IMG/VR virus record: IMGVR_UViG_3300042474_001633
Location: 1-64,000 of that record
Source of the DNA: a virus
Strand: one strand, 5' to 3'
Length of the DNA: 64,000 nt
A program made the translations under genes and the position numbers. The notes under the pieces are model-generated. The model had not been told where the DNA came from. It was given only the letters and a program-made list of their open reading frames with translations, and made no database searches. Below, piece by piece: positions 1 through 8,604 of this stretch (position 1 is its first letter; every line of letters starts with the position of its first letter).

Positions 1-710
1 CCATTAACGAACCTAAATCTGTAATAACCAGTAGATGGGACTATGCCACTAGACGTAACCCAACCTTGGTTTTGCCCACGTCCATATGAAACTAAAGTTG
101 AAGTAGCACTAGAGCCATAGTCGTATGAGTTCCCACTCGCAGAAACCTCAACTAAGTATCCGTATGCTTCGTAGTCGTCACCACCACCAGCTGCGGCCCA
201 GTCAAAAGAAATTGATTGATTTGCCGTAGCAGGAAACGGCTCGGTCCATATTTCTGGTCCAAACGCCGAACCGTATGTTCCATGATTATTACAAGTATTG
301 GCATAGGAAATAGTGCCAGAAGAGAAGAGACGAATTACTCCACTACGTCCACCATATGCTTCTCCTGTAGATGTTGAGTAGGACAGGTTCTGGGTAGTCG
401 CTTCTTGGCCTTCGTACAACTGCTGTTCTCGCGTGTAGTTCTTGTCGGTTACATAGGAGTAGGAATCGCCAGAGGTGGTATCGGTGCCGGTCATTGTGTA
501 TGGCCCAATGCCCTGCTTGTCTAGAGCCGCACATTGGGTTCGGCTTGCCAACGAACCTAGGGTTACTTTTGCCGCCGCAGTTGACTCAAAAACAGGCGAC
601 AATGCCCTGACTGGAGCAGAAAAACCAAAAATCGACACTAGTAAAAGGAATACCGAAGGTACAGCCATGATGGCTGCGGGCTTGTTTATGCGACGTCTAC
701 CACCGAACAT
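1..710 (-). CDS. Secreted or membrane-anchored protein, runs off left edge (not in ORF track)
   Basis: ATG at 710 after GGAGG SD and a TGcTAGAAT -10. Reads MFGGRRRINKPAAIMAVPSVFLLLVSIFGFSAPVRA (signal-peptide-like) and stays open to position 1 (...GYYRFRFVN). Confidence 0.75.
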   Translation of the reverse strand, partial: MFGGRRRINKPAAIMAVPSVFLLLVSIFGFSAPVRALSPVFESTAAAKVTLGSLASRTQCAALDKQGIGPYTMTGTDTTSGDSYSYVTDKNYTREQQLYEGQEATTQNLSYSTSTGEAYGGRSGVIRLFSSGTISYANTCNNHGTYGSAFGPEIWTEPFPATANQSISFDWAAAGGGDDYEAYGYLVEVSASGNSYDYGSSATSTLVSYGRGQNQGWVTSSGIVPSTGYYRFRFVN

Positions 711-775
711 CTGACCTCCAGAAAAAATACCTCTAATTCTAGCATTTTTTGGAGTTTAAAAATAAGTGAACAATT

Positions 776-2050
776 TTAAATAGCTCTGTCTGCTATGTTC
801 CTTTGTTCAACAGCTACTAGCTTGCCTTCGTGTTTTGCCTGCACGTCTTTTCTAACCCACGTCATTCCGTATGTTGTACTCAATGTCTCTGGACCCTCTC
901 TACGCAATAATCTTTCTGCCATTGACTGAAAGGTCGGGTCATCGCTGAGGTTGAGATAGGCATTGTGCGACCATGGCAGGTCATAAAAGGCAGGGGCATT
1001 TACCAAAAGCGCTCCTGCAGTATTCCAGTGTTCTTCTATTCTTGGGTTCTCATTTACGATTGCTCCGGATAGGCAGTAAGCCGGAACGTCCACACCCACT
1101 AATGGCCTATTTACTTCGAGCATTTTCTCAATAGCGTTGCTATCAAGAGACATGTCGGAATCTATATAAAGTATTGCAGAGTAGTTAACTACGCCGTAAT
1201 TCAATTCGGTACAATCTTCACCCCAGTGATGACCGCTCGTAACCCTGTGTCTTTGGGCAAATTCCCTAATTAGATTTCTGCCAGTCTCTATTCGAATCCA
1301 TCTATTTCCTGAATCGACCTTGGCTTGCATATCGTTTATTGAGTATGTCCAGTAATCCCCGTTTATCTCACGCAGGGCTTCAATCACTTCTGCAAAAGGC
1401 TCTATCCCTCTGTTGTCAACCTCGAATGCAGAAAACCATTTCACATTTGGGAACTTTCGACATATCTCAACTCTGTCTGACAGCCAGTTCAAGTGTTCTT
1501 TAGCGTCACATTTCCAGGCAACAAGCGGTGTTCCAATTACGAAATGTTTGTCATAGTCAATTGGCTTGAATACTGGAGCATCAGGTATCTTGATTTGTGG
1601 TTTATTTAACATCCCAACAAAGTCTGAACAAACACCTGAAAAACCTATTTTCCAATTTGAATCAATTTCCCACCATGAGCGCTCTGGCAGAACATTTATA
1701 CATCTGTCAGATGTTGATTTTTTCCCAGGATAAGCCCAAACATAACCCCTGCTTGTAATTGTGTAGTCGTCTGTATTGTGAAAAAAACAATGCAGCTGAT
1801 AATGTAGTGAAAAGCTAAGAGCCTCTGGATTTTTGCAATGGACCCATAACTGATGCGTCCTATCGATAAGCCATTCTTTAGGCACTGAGTATTGAGGGCC
1901 ATCGTGGCCAAGAAATATCCCAGACTCGTTAACCCAAAGGTCTACTTCTACGTCAAAACCATTTGCTATTGCTTCCTCCACATAGTCTGGACGATTCTCA
2001 AATTCTGGTTTTGGACCTGTTGTGTTTCCTCTGTGAGATATGTAAATCAT
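776..2050 (-). CDS. Glycerophosphodiester phosphodiesterase-like (PLC-like) domain fused to a GT-A-like glycosyltransferase domain
   Basis: N-terminal SHRGN...EN...GFDVEVDLW...LGHD motif; C-terminal half has a YIDSD DxD motif. Confidence 0.65.
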   Translation of the reverse strand: MIYISHRGNTTGPKPEFENRPDYVEEAIANGFDVEVDLWVNESGIFLGHDGPQYSVPKEWLIDRTHQLWVHCKNPEALSFSLHYQLHCFFHNTDDYTITSRGYVWAYPGKKSTSDRCINVLPERSWWEIDSNWKIGFSGVCSDFVGMLNKPQIKIPDAPVFKPIDYDKHFVIGTPLVAWKCDAKEHLNWLSDRVEICRKFPNVKWFSAFEVDNRGIEPFAEVIEALREINGDYWTYSINDMQAKVDSGNRWIRIETGRNLIREFAQRHRVTSGHHWGEDCTELNYGVVNYSAILYIDSDMSLDSNAIEKMLEVNRPLVGVDVPAYCLSGAIVNENPRIEEHWNTAGALLVNAPAFYDLPWSHNAYLNLSDDPTFQSMAERLLRREGPETLSTTYGMTWVRKDVQAKHEGKLVAVEQRNIADRAI

Positions 2051-2754
2051 TTTTCAACCTGAACCCATATCCAGTTCTTGTGGTTATCACCAGGGCCAGT
2101 TGGCCTAATGTCGTATTTAAAGTTCGTGAAACCAATTTTGCCAACCAGGTCATCAAAAAGTGTTTGCTCATCCTGGATGCTTACATCCGAGTGACCATTA
2201 GTGCTTCCGGCGTCATAGTTGTTGTCGTAATAGCCAGCAGTCGGTATTTCACCTTTCCCGCCGTACCCCATCTGAAAACACAACTTTCCGCCTGGCTTCA
2301 AGACTCTGAAGATATCCTTCAGAATATTGAATCTGATTTCATGCACGCAAATATGCTGAAAACAAATAACTGCAAAAACAACATCGTAAATGTCGTCCTC
2401 AATTGCTGAAAGATTATCTCCGCTGGTTACATAAAGATTTGGTTCTGAAATATTGTTTGCTTTTGTATTGATTCTGGCTTTTTCTATATTTACATCAGAT
2501 ATATCAATTCCGTCAACTCGAGCAAATCTGTCTGCAAACTTGACCAAGTTTCTTCCGGGTCCGCATCCATATTCAAGTGCTACAAGACCATTTGTATCAA
2601 AGTCCTTGAATAAAAAATTGTCATAGTCTGACCAGTTATTGTGTGCGTCGTATGAGCCGACAACTGGGTCTCTGAAATCAAGTGACCACTTTGATGCATA
2701 TTCGTCATAATATGAATTCTGCATATCCAGATAATCTTTTTTGTTCTTGCTCAT
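2047..2754 (-). CDS. Class I SAM-dependent methyltransferase
   Basis: ALEYGCGPGR motif I, GIDIS, FRVLKPGG. Confidence 0.9.
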   Translation of the reverse strand: MSKNKKDYLDMQNSYYDEYASKWSLDFRDPVVGSYDAHNNWSDYDNFLFKDFDTNGLVALEYGCGPGRNLVKFADRFARVDGIDISDVNIEKARINTKANNISEPNLYVTSGDNLSAIEDDIYDVVFAVICFQHICVHEIRFNILKDIFRVLKPGGKLCFQMGYGGKGEIPTAGYYDNNYDAGSTNGHSDVSIQDEQTLFDDLVGKIGFTNFKYDIRPTGPGDNHKNWIWVQVEK

Positions 2755-3362
2755 TTGTTGTTCTCCATATTGTAAATAACTGCCGTCATTGATAGTGGTG
2801 CATCTCGGCTGCCTCGATAGAAAACCTCAACAACATCAGCATTTTTTTGAATATATTCTGCTTCATCAGGTAGTGAATATTTTGAAGCCCATCCATTTTT
2901 GTCTATATTTTCCAACAGATTTACAGTTGCTTCCTCGTCTTCGTTTTTGTAACCAAGCCACCACGCATGAAGGTCTTCTATTATGTAAATCTTTGAATAC
3001 TTGAATAAAAAAGAAAAAGACGTTTCCATCAATTCGGGCGTATGTCCACCGTCGTCAACTATCACATCATATATTTGCCCATTTATTGCGGATTCAATTT
3101 GTTCCCTATTTCCTTGGTCAACTTTTAGTACCGAGCATCCTTCTATTTGGGGTATGTCGTCTATATCCCACCCGTGGACCGATGAATCTTCTGGAAGCCA
3201 TTCCCTCCAAGCCCTGAGAGAATAACCCCCTTGTACTCCAATCTCGAGCAGACGTTTAACAGATTCTCTTTTGATATGTCTCTCGTAGACATCCATGTAT
3301 AGGTGTTGTGATTTGTCTGTCCCATGCTTCAGCCCCAAGCTATGAAGCAATCCGCCGCTCAT
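2751..3362 (-). CDS. SAM-dependent (sugar O-)methyltransferase
   Basis: GTDK, LLEIGV.GG.SL, DDGGH and IIEDL motifs. Start moved to ATG 3362, which overlaps the upstream stop (ATGA). Confidence 0.8.
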   Translation of the reverse strand: MSGGLLHSLGLKHGTDKSQHLYMDVYERHIKRESVKRLLEIGVQGGYSLRAWREWLPEDSSVHGWDIDDIPQIEGCSVLKVDQGNREQIESAINGQIYDVIVDDGGHTPELMETSFSFLFKYSKIYIIEDLHAWWLGYKNEDEEATVNLLENIDKNGWASKYSLPDEAEYIQKNADVVEVFYRGSRDAPLSMTAVIYNMENNK

Positions 3363-4732
3363 TTGTTGTTCTCCAAGTAGTAATTTAGGTCTTCTGGTGT
3401 TCCGATTCCCCACATCTTTGGTACTTCCTTAATCCGAATCTTTTTCCCATCTTCAATTGCTTCATTGAACACCGGGCAGACGTAGAACTCATTATTTGTT
3501 CTTATGTTTTTTTCAATCATCTGGTTTGCATATTTAACATAGTCAGAGCCGTGCTTCCAGTAGTAAATGCCAACAGTAGCGTTATCTGAGATTGGGTTCT
3601 TTTCTGCAACTTCATTTACAAGACCATCGTCACCGAGCTTTGCGTACGACCACTTTGGATGGGTCGCCTTGAATGTCAGAATCCCACCATCAACACCTTC
3701 TGCTCCAAATGCGTACAAGCACTCGTTGCTGTTCCAATCCACTATTTGGTCGGAGTTTGCCATTAACAATGGTTCGTCATTGTCTATTAGGCCAGATGCC
3801 AAAAGCGTCGTGCATGCAGCACCTTCAGTCATTCCATCAACTAAAACAATGTCGCATTCTGGTTTGATGAGTCCCAAGACTTGTTTTAGGTTGTATTTTT
3901 CGTAGTGTTCTTTTTGAACAAGGAATATGAAGTGAGCATCAATATTCAAGTTCTCAACAACAACCTGAATCATTGGCTTCCCGTTGACTTCGATTAGTGG
4001 TTTTGGAAACGTATATCCAGCCTGTGCAAATCGCGAACCAGCTCCAGCCATTGGTATTAAAACATTCATTTTTTCGTTCCTCCACGCAACAGGCTTCTTG
4101 CCTCTTGTCTCTATTTCATCAACAAAGCGCATTAAACGTTCTTTGCTTAAGTCGCTGGCGTTCTTTATTGCATGTAGGTTTGCCCCAGAACTAAGCGCAC
4201 CTTCCCTGCCGATATGGGAATCCTCAATAATTATAGTGTTTGCAGGTGATGCATCAAGGGAGACCATGCATTGCCAATACATTTCAGGATGAGGTTTGTG
4301 GTTCCTTACATCTTCATTGCTCATTATGTAACTGACATATTTGAGTACGCCAATTGCATCTAGTGCTGTAATTACAGTGTCTCTTACAGCGTTTGACGCA
4401 ACAGCTATTCGCCAACCCTTTTCTTTAAGGGTCTGCATTATGTCAATGGCTATATAGTTTTTGGGAAAACCTGAAAGTATTTGAAGAGTAGCTTTTTGCT
4501 TGTCTTCCCAGACTTGCTGATGTGCTGACTCTGGTAAACCCTTTTCCTCGGTGAGCATCTTTAGTTTTGTTGTTGTTCCAAGACCGTCGTATTTGGATAG
4601 ATGTTCTTCCTTGGAAATTACATACTCTTGCCCGATTCGACTGAGAGCGATATTTAGAGAGTCATAGTGGACATCGCGCGATTCAATAAGAACGCCGTCA
4701 AGGTCAAAGATGACAAGAAAGTTACTTTTCAT
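3359..4732 (-). CDS. HAD-family phosphatase fused to a nucleotidyltransferase
   Basis: FDLDGVL...KPHP...IEDS..G HAD motifs, then IPMAGAGSRF...PKPLI NTP-transferase motif. Start placed at MKSNF (4732). Confidence 0.85.
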   Translation of the reverse strand: MKSNFLVIFDLDGVLIESRDVHYDSLNIALSRIGQEYVISKEEHLSKYDGLGTTTKLKMLTEEKGLPESAHQQVWEDKQKATLQILSGFPKNYIAIDIMQTLKEKGWRIAVASNAVRDTVITALDAIGVLKYVSYIMSNEDVRNHKPHPEMYWQCMVSLDASPANTIIIEDSHIGREGALSSGANLHAIKNASDLSKERLMRFVDEIETRGKKPVAWRNEKMNVLIPMAGAGSRFAQAGYTFPKPLIEVNGKPMIQVVVENLNIDAHFIFLVQKEHYEKYNLKQVLGLIKPECDIVLVDGMTEGAACTTLLASGLIDNDEPLLMANSDQIVDWNSNECLYAFGAEGVDGGILTFKATHPKWSYAKLGDDGLVNEVAEKNPISDNATVGIYYWKHGSDYVKYANQMIEKNIRTNNEFYVCPVFNEAIEDGKKIRIKEVPKMWGIGTPEDLNYYLENNK

Positions 4733-5378
4733 TTGGATTAGGCCCTGCGTGTCGATGCCACTTGTTGTGACGGACAATGCTGTTTCCGTTGCACTTCATT
4801 ACATATTTATTGCGTACACGCATTGACCATTCAACATCTTCTTCTTCGTTCCATCCGCGCGATTCATCAAGAGGCTCTTCAATCATGACGTGCTTTTTAA
4901 TCATGAAGAATCCACCAGATATGTACATGTATTGAGTCTGCGTCCAGTCGTTGTAGTTAAGGGACCACGCGCGTCCATGTCCAGGCTTATCCCAGAGAGA
5001 CCAATCCATTGGATTTCTCGCACCATTGATTAGGTATTGTGGGCATGAGCAGATTTCCCAGTCGGTGCCAAACTTTTTAAATTCTTCGTACCATCCAGTT
5101 TCAAAAATATGATAATCGTGCATTAAAACGATATTCTCGTACTTAGCGTTTTGAACGAGTATGTTCTTTTTTTTAGTAATCCATCTTGGTTTAATTGATT
5201 CATCAAAATCAATCTTTGAAATGTCAACACCTTCAATTTCGCTTGAATCACCGCCACCAACGAGCAGTATTTCGTACTCTGGAATCCCAAGAGCGCGGAT
5301 ACTCTCTATTATCTGTTTCAATCTATTTATGTCTTCATAAACAGTTATGATTCCAAAGGTAAAGGCGATGTCATTCAT
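4722..5378 (-). CDS. GT2-like glycosyltransferase
   Basis: FTFGIIT...YEILLV...IVLMHDY...GGFF...EEDVEWSMR; GT-A layout. Confidence 0.75.
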   Translation of the reverse strand: MNDIAFTFGIITVYEDINRLKQIIESIRALGIPEYEILLVGGGDSSEIEGVDISKIDFDESIKPRWITKKKNILVQNAKYENIVLMHDYHIFETGWYEEFKKFGTDWEICSCPQYLINGARNPMDWSLWDKPGHGRAWSLNYNDWTQTQYMYISGGFFMIKKHVMIEEPLDESRGWNEEEDVEWSMRVRNKYVMKCNGNSIVRHNKWHRHAGPNPNEK

Positions 5379-5391
5379 GATTTTGTTTCAT

Positions 5392-6501
5392 CTACACAGT
5401 TTCTAATATTTGCTTAAAAGCCATGTCCCATTCAATTCCTCGCACCTGCATTGAAAAAGCATTCAAAATTTCTTTGTTTTTTTCTCTTTCAAAAATTCTT
5501 ATTTTTGGGTCTAAAAGTGAATCTAGGTGTTCCTGCCACTCTGAATCGGATGTTGCAACTTTCCCTATTCCGCAATCAGCGAGATACTGGTACTCGGGGG
5601 AGTATGAAGAGACAAAGGGGATTCCTGCCGCCGCGTACTCCAGACCTTTAATAAACGATTTTGCATGATTGAAAGGCACGTCACTTAAAGGCACAATTCC
5701 AATGTCAAAAAACTTAAAAAGTTGCGGGTATTCAAGAATTGGAGCGAGACCACAAGACCTAAAATGTTTTTTGTTTATTTTTAATAGGTCAAAAACGTTT
5801 GGACTTGACGCACAATGCCCAGAGTGATGGAAGGTGAATTTATGTCTTGCCATATAGTCGCCCATCCATGGCGCGAGCTGCTCAAGGTCATGAGAGCGCC
5901 AATTTGTCGCCCCCACCCAACCTATTGTTGTTCTGTGTTTGGCAGAGTTTCGTGGAGGAAGTGTCCAGCGGTTAGCGGTGCCAATGTCTATGCCATTCCT
6001 GACCAGATATACGTTTTTTCTTTTCGATGAATAATAATCGTAAAGAAATGGCGTACTAACAGTGATTGCAAAAGCGCGATTAATTATTTCCGCGTAAATT
6101 TCCCTGTTGCTGTTTGGGTTATTTTTGGGGTCCGTCGTTTTAAAGGCATGGTTTGACTCTGGCAAACCCTCATACCAATCGTCTACATCTACAACAACTT
6201 TTTGCCCAATGGATTCCGCATAGTCCATCCCCTCCAAGACTTCTCGCTGCATTAAAAGCTTCATAACCACAATGTCCCATCCGTGCACAATTTGCCCTTC
6301 TTGGACTATGAGACCAAAACCTTTTTCCTTGCTAAATCCAGGAAACCCTATTCCGGTAATCCATCCGCGTTTTCCTAGTTCTTCCATGGGGAGCTTGCAG
6401 CGATACCAGGCGCATCCATTTGGTTGTAGCGGCTCAGTACCCCAAGACCAGTCTCCGGTTATATAGCAAATCGTCGGTTTCTTTTTTTGGGTAGGCATCA
6501 A
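5392..6501 (-). CDS. GT-B (GT4-like) glycosyltransferase
   Basis: DVDD, IGWVG and DIGIVPL...FNHAKS.IKGLEYAAAGIP; paralog of 32051..33163. Confidence 0.85.
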   Translation of the reverse strand: MMPTQKKKPTICYITGDWSWGTEPLQPNGCAWYRCKLPMEELGKRGWITGIGFPGFSKEKGFGLIVQEGQIVHGWDIVVMKLLMQREVLEGMDYAESIGQKVVVDVDDWYEGLPESNHAFKTTDPKNNPNSNREIYAEIINRAFAITVSTPFLYDYYSSKRKNVYLVRNGIDIGTANRWTLPPRNSAKHRTTIGWVGATNWRSHDLEQLAPWMGDYMARHKFTFHHSGHCASSPNVFDLLKINKKHFRSCGLAPILEYPQLFKFFDIGIVPLSDVPFNHAKSFIKGLEYAAAGIPFVSSYSPEYQYLADCGIGKVATSDSEWQEHLDSLLDPKIRIFEREKNKEILNAFSMQVRGIEWDMAFKQILETV

Positions 6502-6908
6502 AACTCGGTCTGCTTTCGGGGAAAAAATATCGGCTGCGTCATTTGATAATAGTCGGTGCGCTCTATCGATTCAGTACTATGCCTGTTTGCCAATATTCTT
6601 GACTCAAAGCCAGAAACTATATGTTTATATTCCGTAGATTCAGCTGTTAAGAAAGAATTTTTTTTACAAAAATCATCTAAAGCGTCATTTGGGTTATCGC
6701 CTAGACCAAAGCTTTTCGCTTCCTCGCTGGACCAAAAGTCAAGAGCATCACAGTCGTCTCCTTCGAGATAATCAAAGTATGCATCCGGCAGGGGGGCCCT
6801 TCCTGAATAGCAAAAGAAATGCCCGCCCTCATAGACGCCGCCATAACGCGACTGCTGAACAACTAAGGGGTAGTGCTCGCTCGGTATCTCGTATCCATTA
6901 ATTTTCAT
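6498..6908 (-). CDS. Hypothetical protein, first gene of the leftward cassette
   Basis: 136-aa ORF with ATGA coupling to the next gene; TAATAT -10 lies 6 nt upstream of ATG. Confidence 0.7.
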   Translation of the reverse strand: MKINGYEIPSEHYPLVVQQSRYGGVYEGGHFFCYSGRAPLPDAYFDYLEGDDCDALDFWSSEEAKSFGLGDNPNDALDDFCKKNSFLTAESTEYKHIVSGFESRILANRHSTESIERTDYYQMTQPIFFPRKQTEF

Positions 6909-7032
6909 TAAAAAATATTACCCCAATAATTCAAAGAATTAATTTACGGTGTAAACAATTAAGTGACTGTATTCATTCAGCGGGCAAGAATTGGTGATAC
7001 TCTTGTGTTGGTCAACAAACACAGGAGGACCT

Positions 7033-7248
7033 ATGAGCACTAAATTTATCAAAGACACCGTCGAAAGAGCAGTAATGGCTTTTTTGACCGGCTGGCTGGG
7101 TGCGGCAATGGCAAGTGGGTTAGATTTTGACTCACTTTCGAACACTGACAACCTGAAAATTGGAGTTTCCGCCTTGGCGCTAACAATCGCTGCGGCGCTT
7201 GGGCTCAAGAAGGTTGGACCAAACAAGGACAGTGGTTCGGTTCTTTAA
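7033..7248 (+). CDS. Putative holin
   Basis: AGGAGG SD before ATG 7033; 71 aa with two hydrophobic segments and a F.KD..ERA..(T/A)F motif typical of actinophage holins. Confidence 0.65.
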   Translation: MSTKFIKDTVERAVMAFLTGWLGAAMASGLDFDSLSNTDNLKIGVSALALTIAAALGLKKVGPNKDSGSVL

Positions 7249-7316
7249 GGCGTATTGCCGACCAGGTCGGCGCTTTCTAATCTACAATCTTATAGGTCGA
7301 TGATTGGAGAAAAGCC

Positions 7317-7733
7317 GTGTCAATGGTAGCGGGTAGATACAGAATGGTTTGTGAGCAAGGGTCGACTTTTGATATTCAGTTGACTTTGCAATATTCAAAT
7401 CCTGACTACCCAGCGAATTGTGCCGACCCCGATGATTGTCCTGAATTTTTGCCATGGGATTTGACTGGGTATACAGCAAGAATGCAAGTTAGGAAATATG
7501 TTGAATCAGCAACAACAATTGCTGAATTAACAACTGAAAATGCATCAACTTTTAGAATTACCCTTGGCGACCCAGACCCATCAGACGGTAAGATAACACT
7601 ATTTATTCGACCCGAGGATACGAGAGCTATGCCAACATCTGGCGTTTATGACATCAAGATAACTTCTCCGACAAATGAGGTCGACAGAATAATAGAAGGT
7701 GAATTTATTCTTTCCCCGGAGGTAACACGGTGA
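7317..7733 (+). CDS. Virion structural protein (Ig-like / BppU N-terminal-like)
   Basis: QGSTF...DLTGYTARMQVR...GVYDI...RIIEG.F..SPEVTR, a recurrent phage structural pattern. Confidence 0.6.
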   Translation: MSMVAGRYRMVCEQGSTFDIQLTLQYSNPDYPANCADPDDCPEFLPWDLTGYTARMQVRKYVESATTIAELTTENASTFRITLGDPDPSDGKITLFIRPEDTRAMPTSGVYDIKITSPTNEVDRIIEGEFILSPEVTR

Positions 7734-8158
7734 CGTCAGAAAACACAGTAGATGCCGTATCTCGCAATAGAGTGATAGTAACTACCACGCGTTCTCCTGG
7801 CGTACAGCAGTTTACCTATCAAGTTCAGATTTTCACCGTTCCAGGCACGCTTAGTAGCGGAGTGGGCCGTTCGAAGTTCTTCATCCCCGGACCGATAAAC
7901 ATAGGAAACGTTAGAGCCTCGGTCGGAACTGCCCCAACTGGCGCTGACCTCATAATTGATGTCAATAAAAACGGAACGACAATATTCACAACCCAGATAA
8001 GTAGGCCAAAAATCTTCGCCGGACAAACGACGGTATCCAATAGCACGCCGCAAATAACCCAGTTGACAACAGGAGATTTTTTAACCGTTGACATCGACCA
8101 AGTCGGTTCGTTAAATCCTGGAGCCGACCTAACAGTTCAAATAGAATTCACCCCTTAG
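7730..8158 (+). CDS. Virion structural protein
   Basis: VRASVGTAPTGA...DVNKNGT.IF...GD.LTVDIDQVGS motif seen in tail-associated proteins. Confidence 0.55.
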   Translation: MTSENTVDAVSRNRVIVTTTRSPGVQQFTYQVQIFTVPGTLSSGVGRSKFFIPGPINIGNVRASVGTAPTGADLIIDVNKNGTTIFTTQISRPKIFAGQTTVSNSTPQITQLTTGDFLTVDIDQVGSLNPGADLTVQIEFTP

Positions 8159-8213
8159 GTGATATTCTAGTAGCAAGCGGTGTTAACCGGCCCCTAGCAC
8201 AAAGGTATCAATC

Positions 8214-8582
8214 ATGACAATTTCAAACTTTCTAGAAAACGAACTACTCGATACCTTGGATGGTTCGAGTTCTGCATACTCGGCTTCTGCTACTTATCTC
8301 AAGCTTCATACTGGAGACCCGGGCGAAGCCGGAACATCAAACGCAGCAGCGGAAACAACTCGCAAAGAAGTTGAGTTCAACGTTGCATCTTCTGGCTCAA
8401 AGACATCAACAGCAACCGTTGAGTGGACAAACGTTTCCACAACTGAAACATACTCACACTGGTCTTTGTGGGACAGCTCAACGGCTGGCAACTGCCTCTG
8501 GTACGGTGCTCTTTCGGCAAACGCTGCAGTTACCGCAGGTGACACTTTCGAGATTACCTCTCTTACACTGACACTCGACTAA
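8214..8582 (+). CDS. Virion structural / minor tail protein
   Basis: SNFLENELLD...YLKLHTGDPGEAG...WDSSTAGNCLWYGAL...GDTF; conserved minor-tail-like pattern. Confidence 0.6.
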   Translation: MTISNFLENELLDTLDGSSSAYSASATYLKLHTGDPGEAGTSNAAAETTRKEVEFNVASSGSKTSTATVEWTNVSTTETYSHWSLWDSSTAGNCLWYGALSANAAVTAGDTFEITSLTLTLD

Positions 8583-8604
8583 TCCACAAGGGGAGTAGCC
8601 CCTC

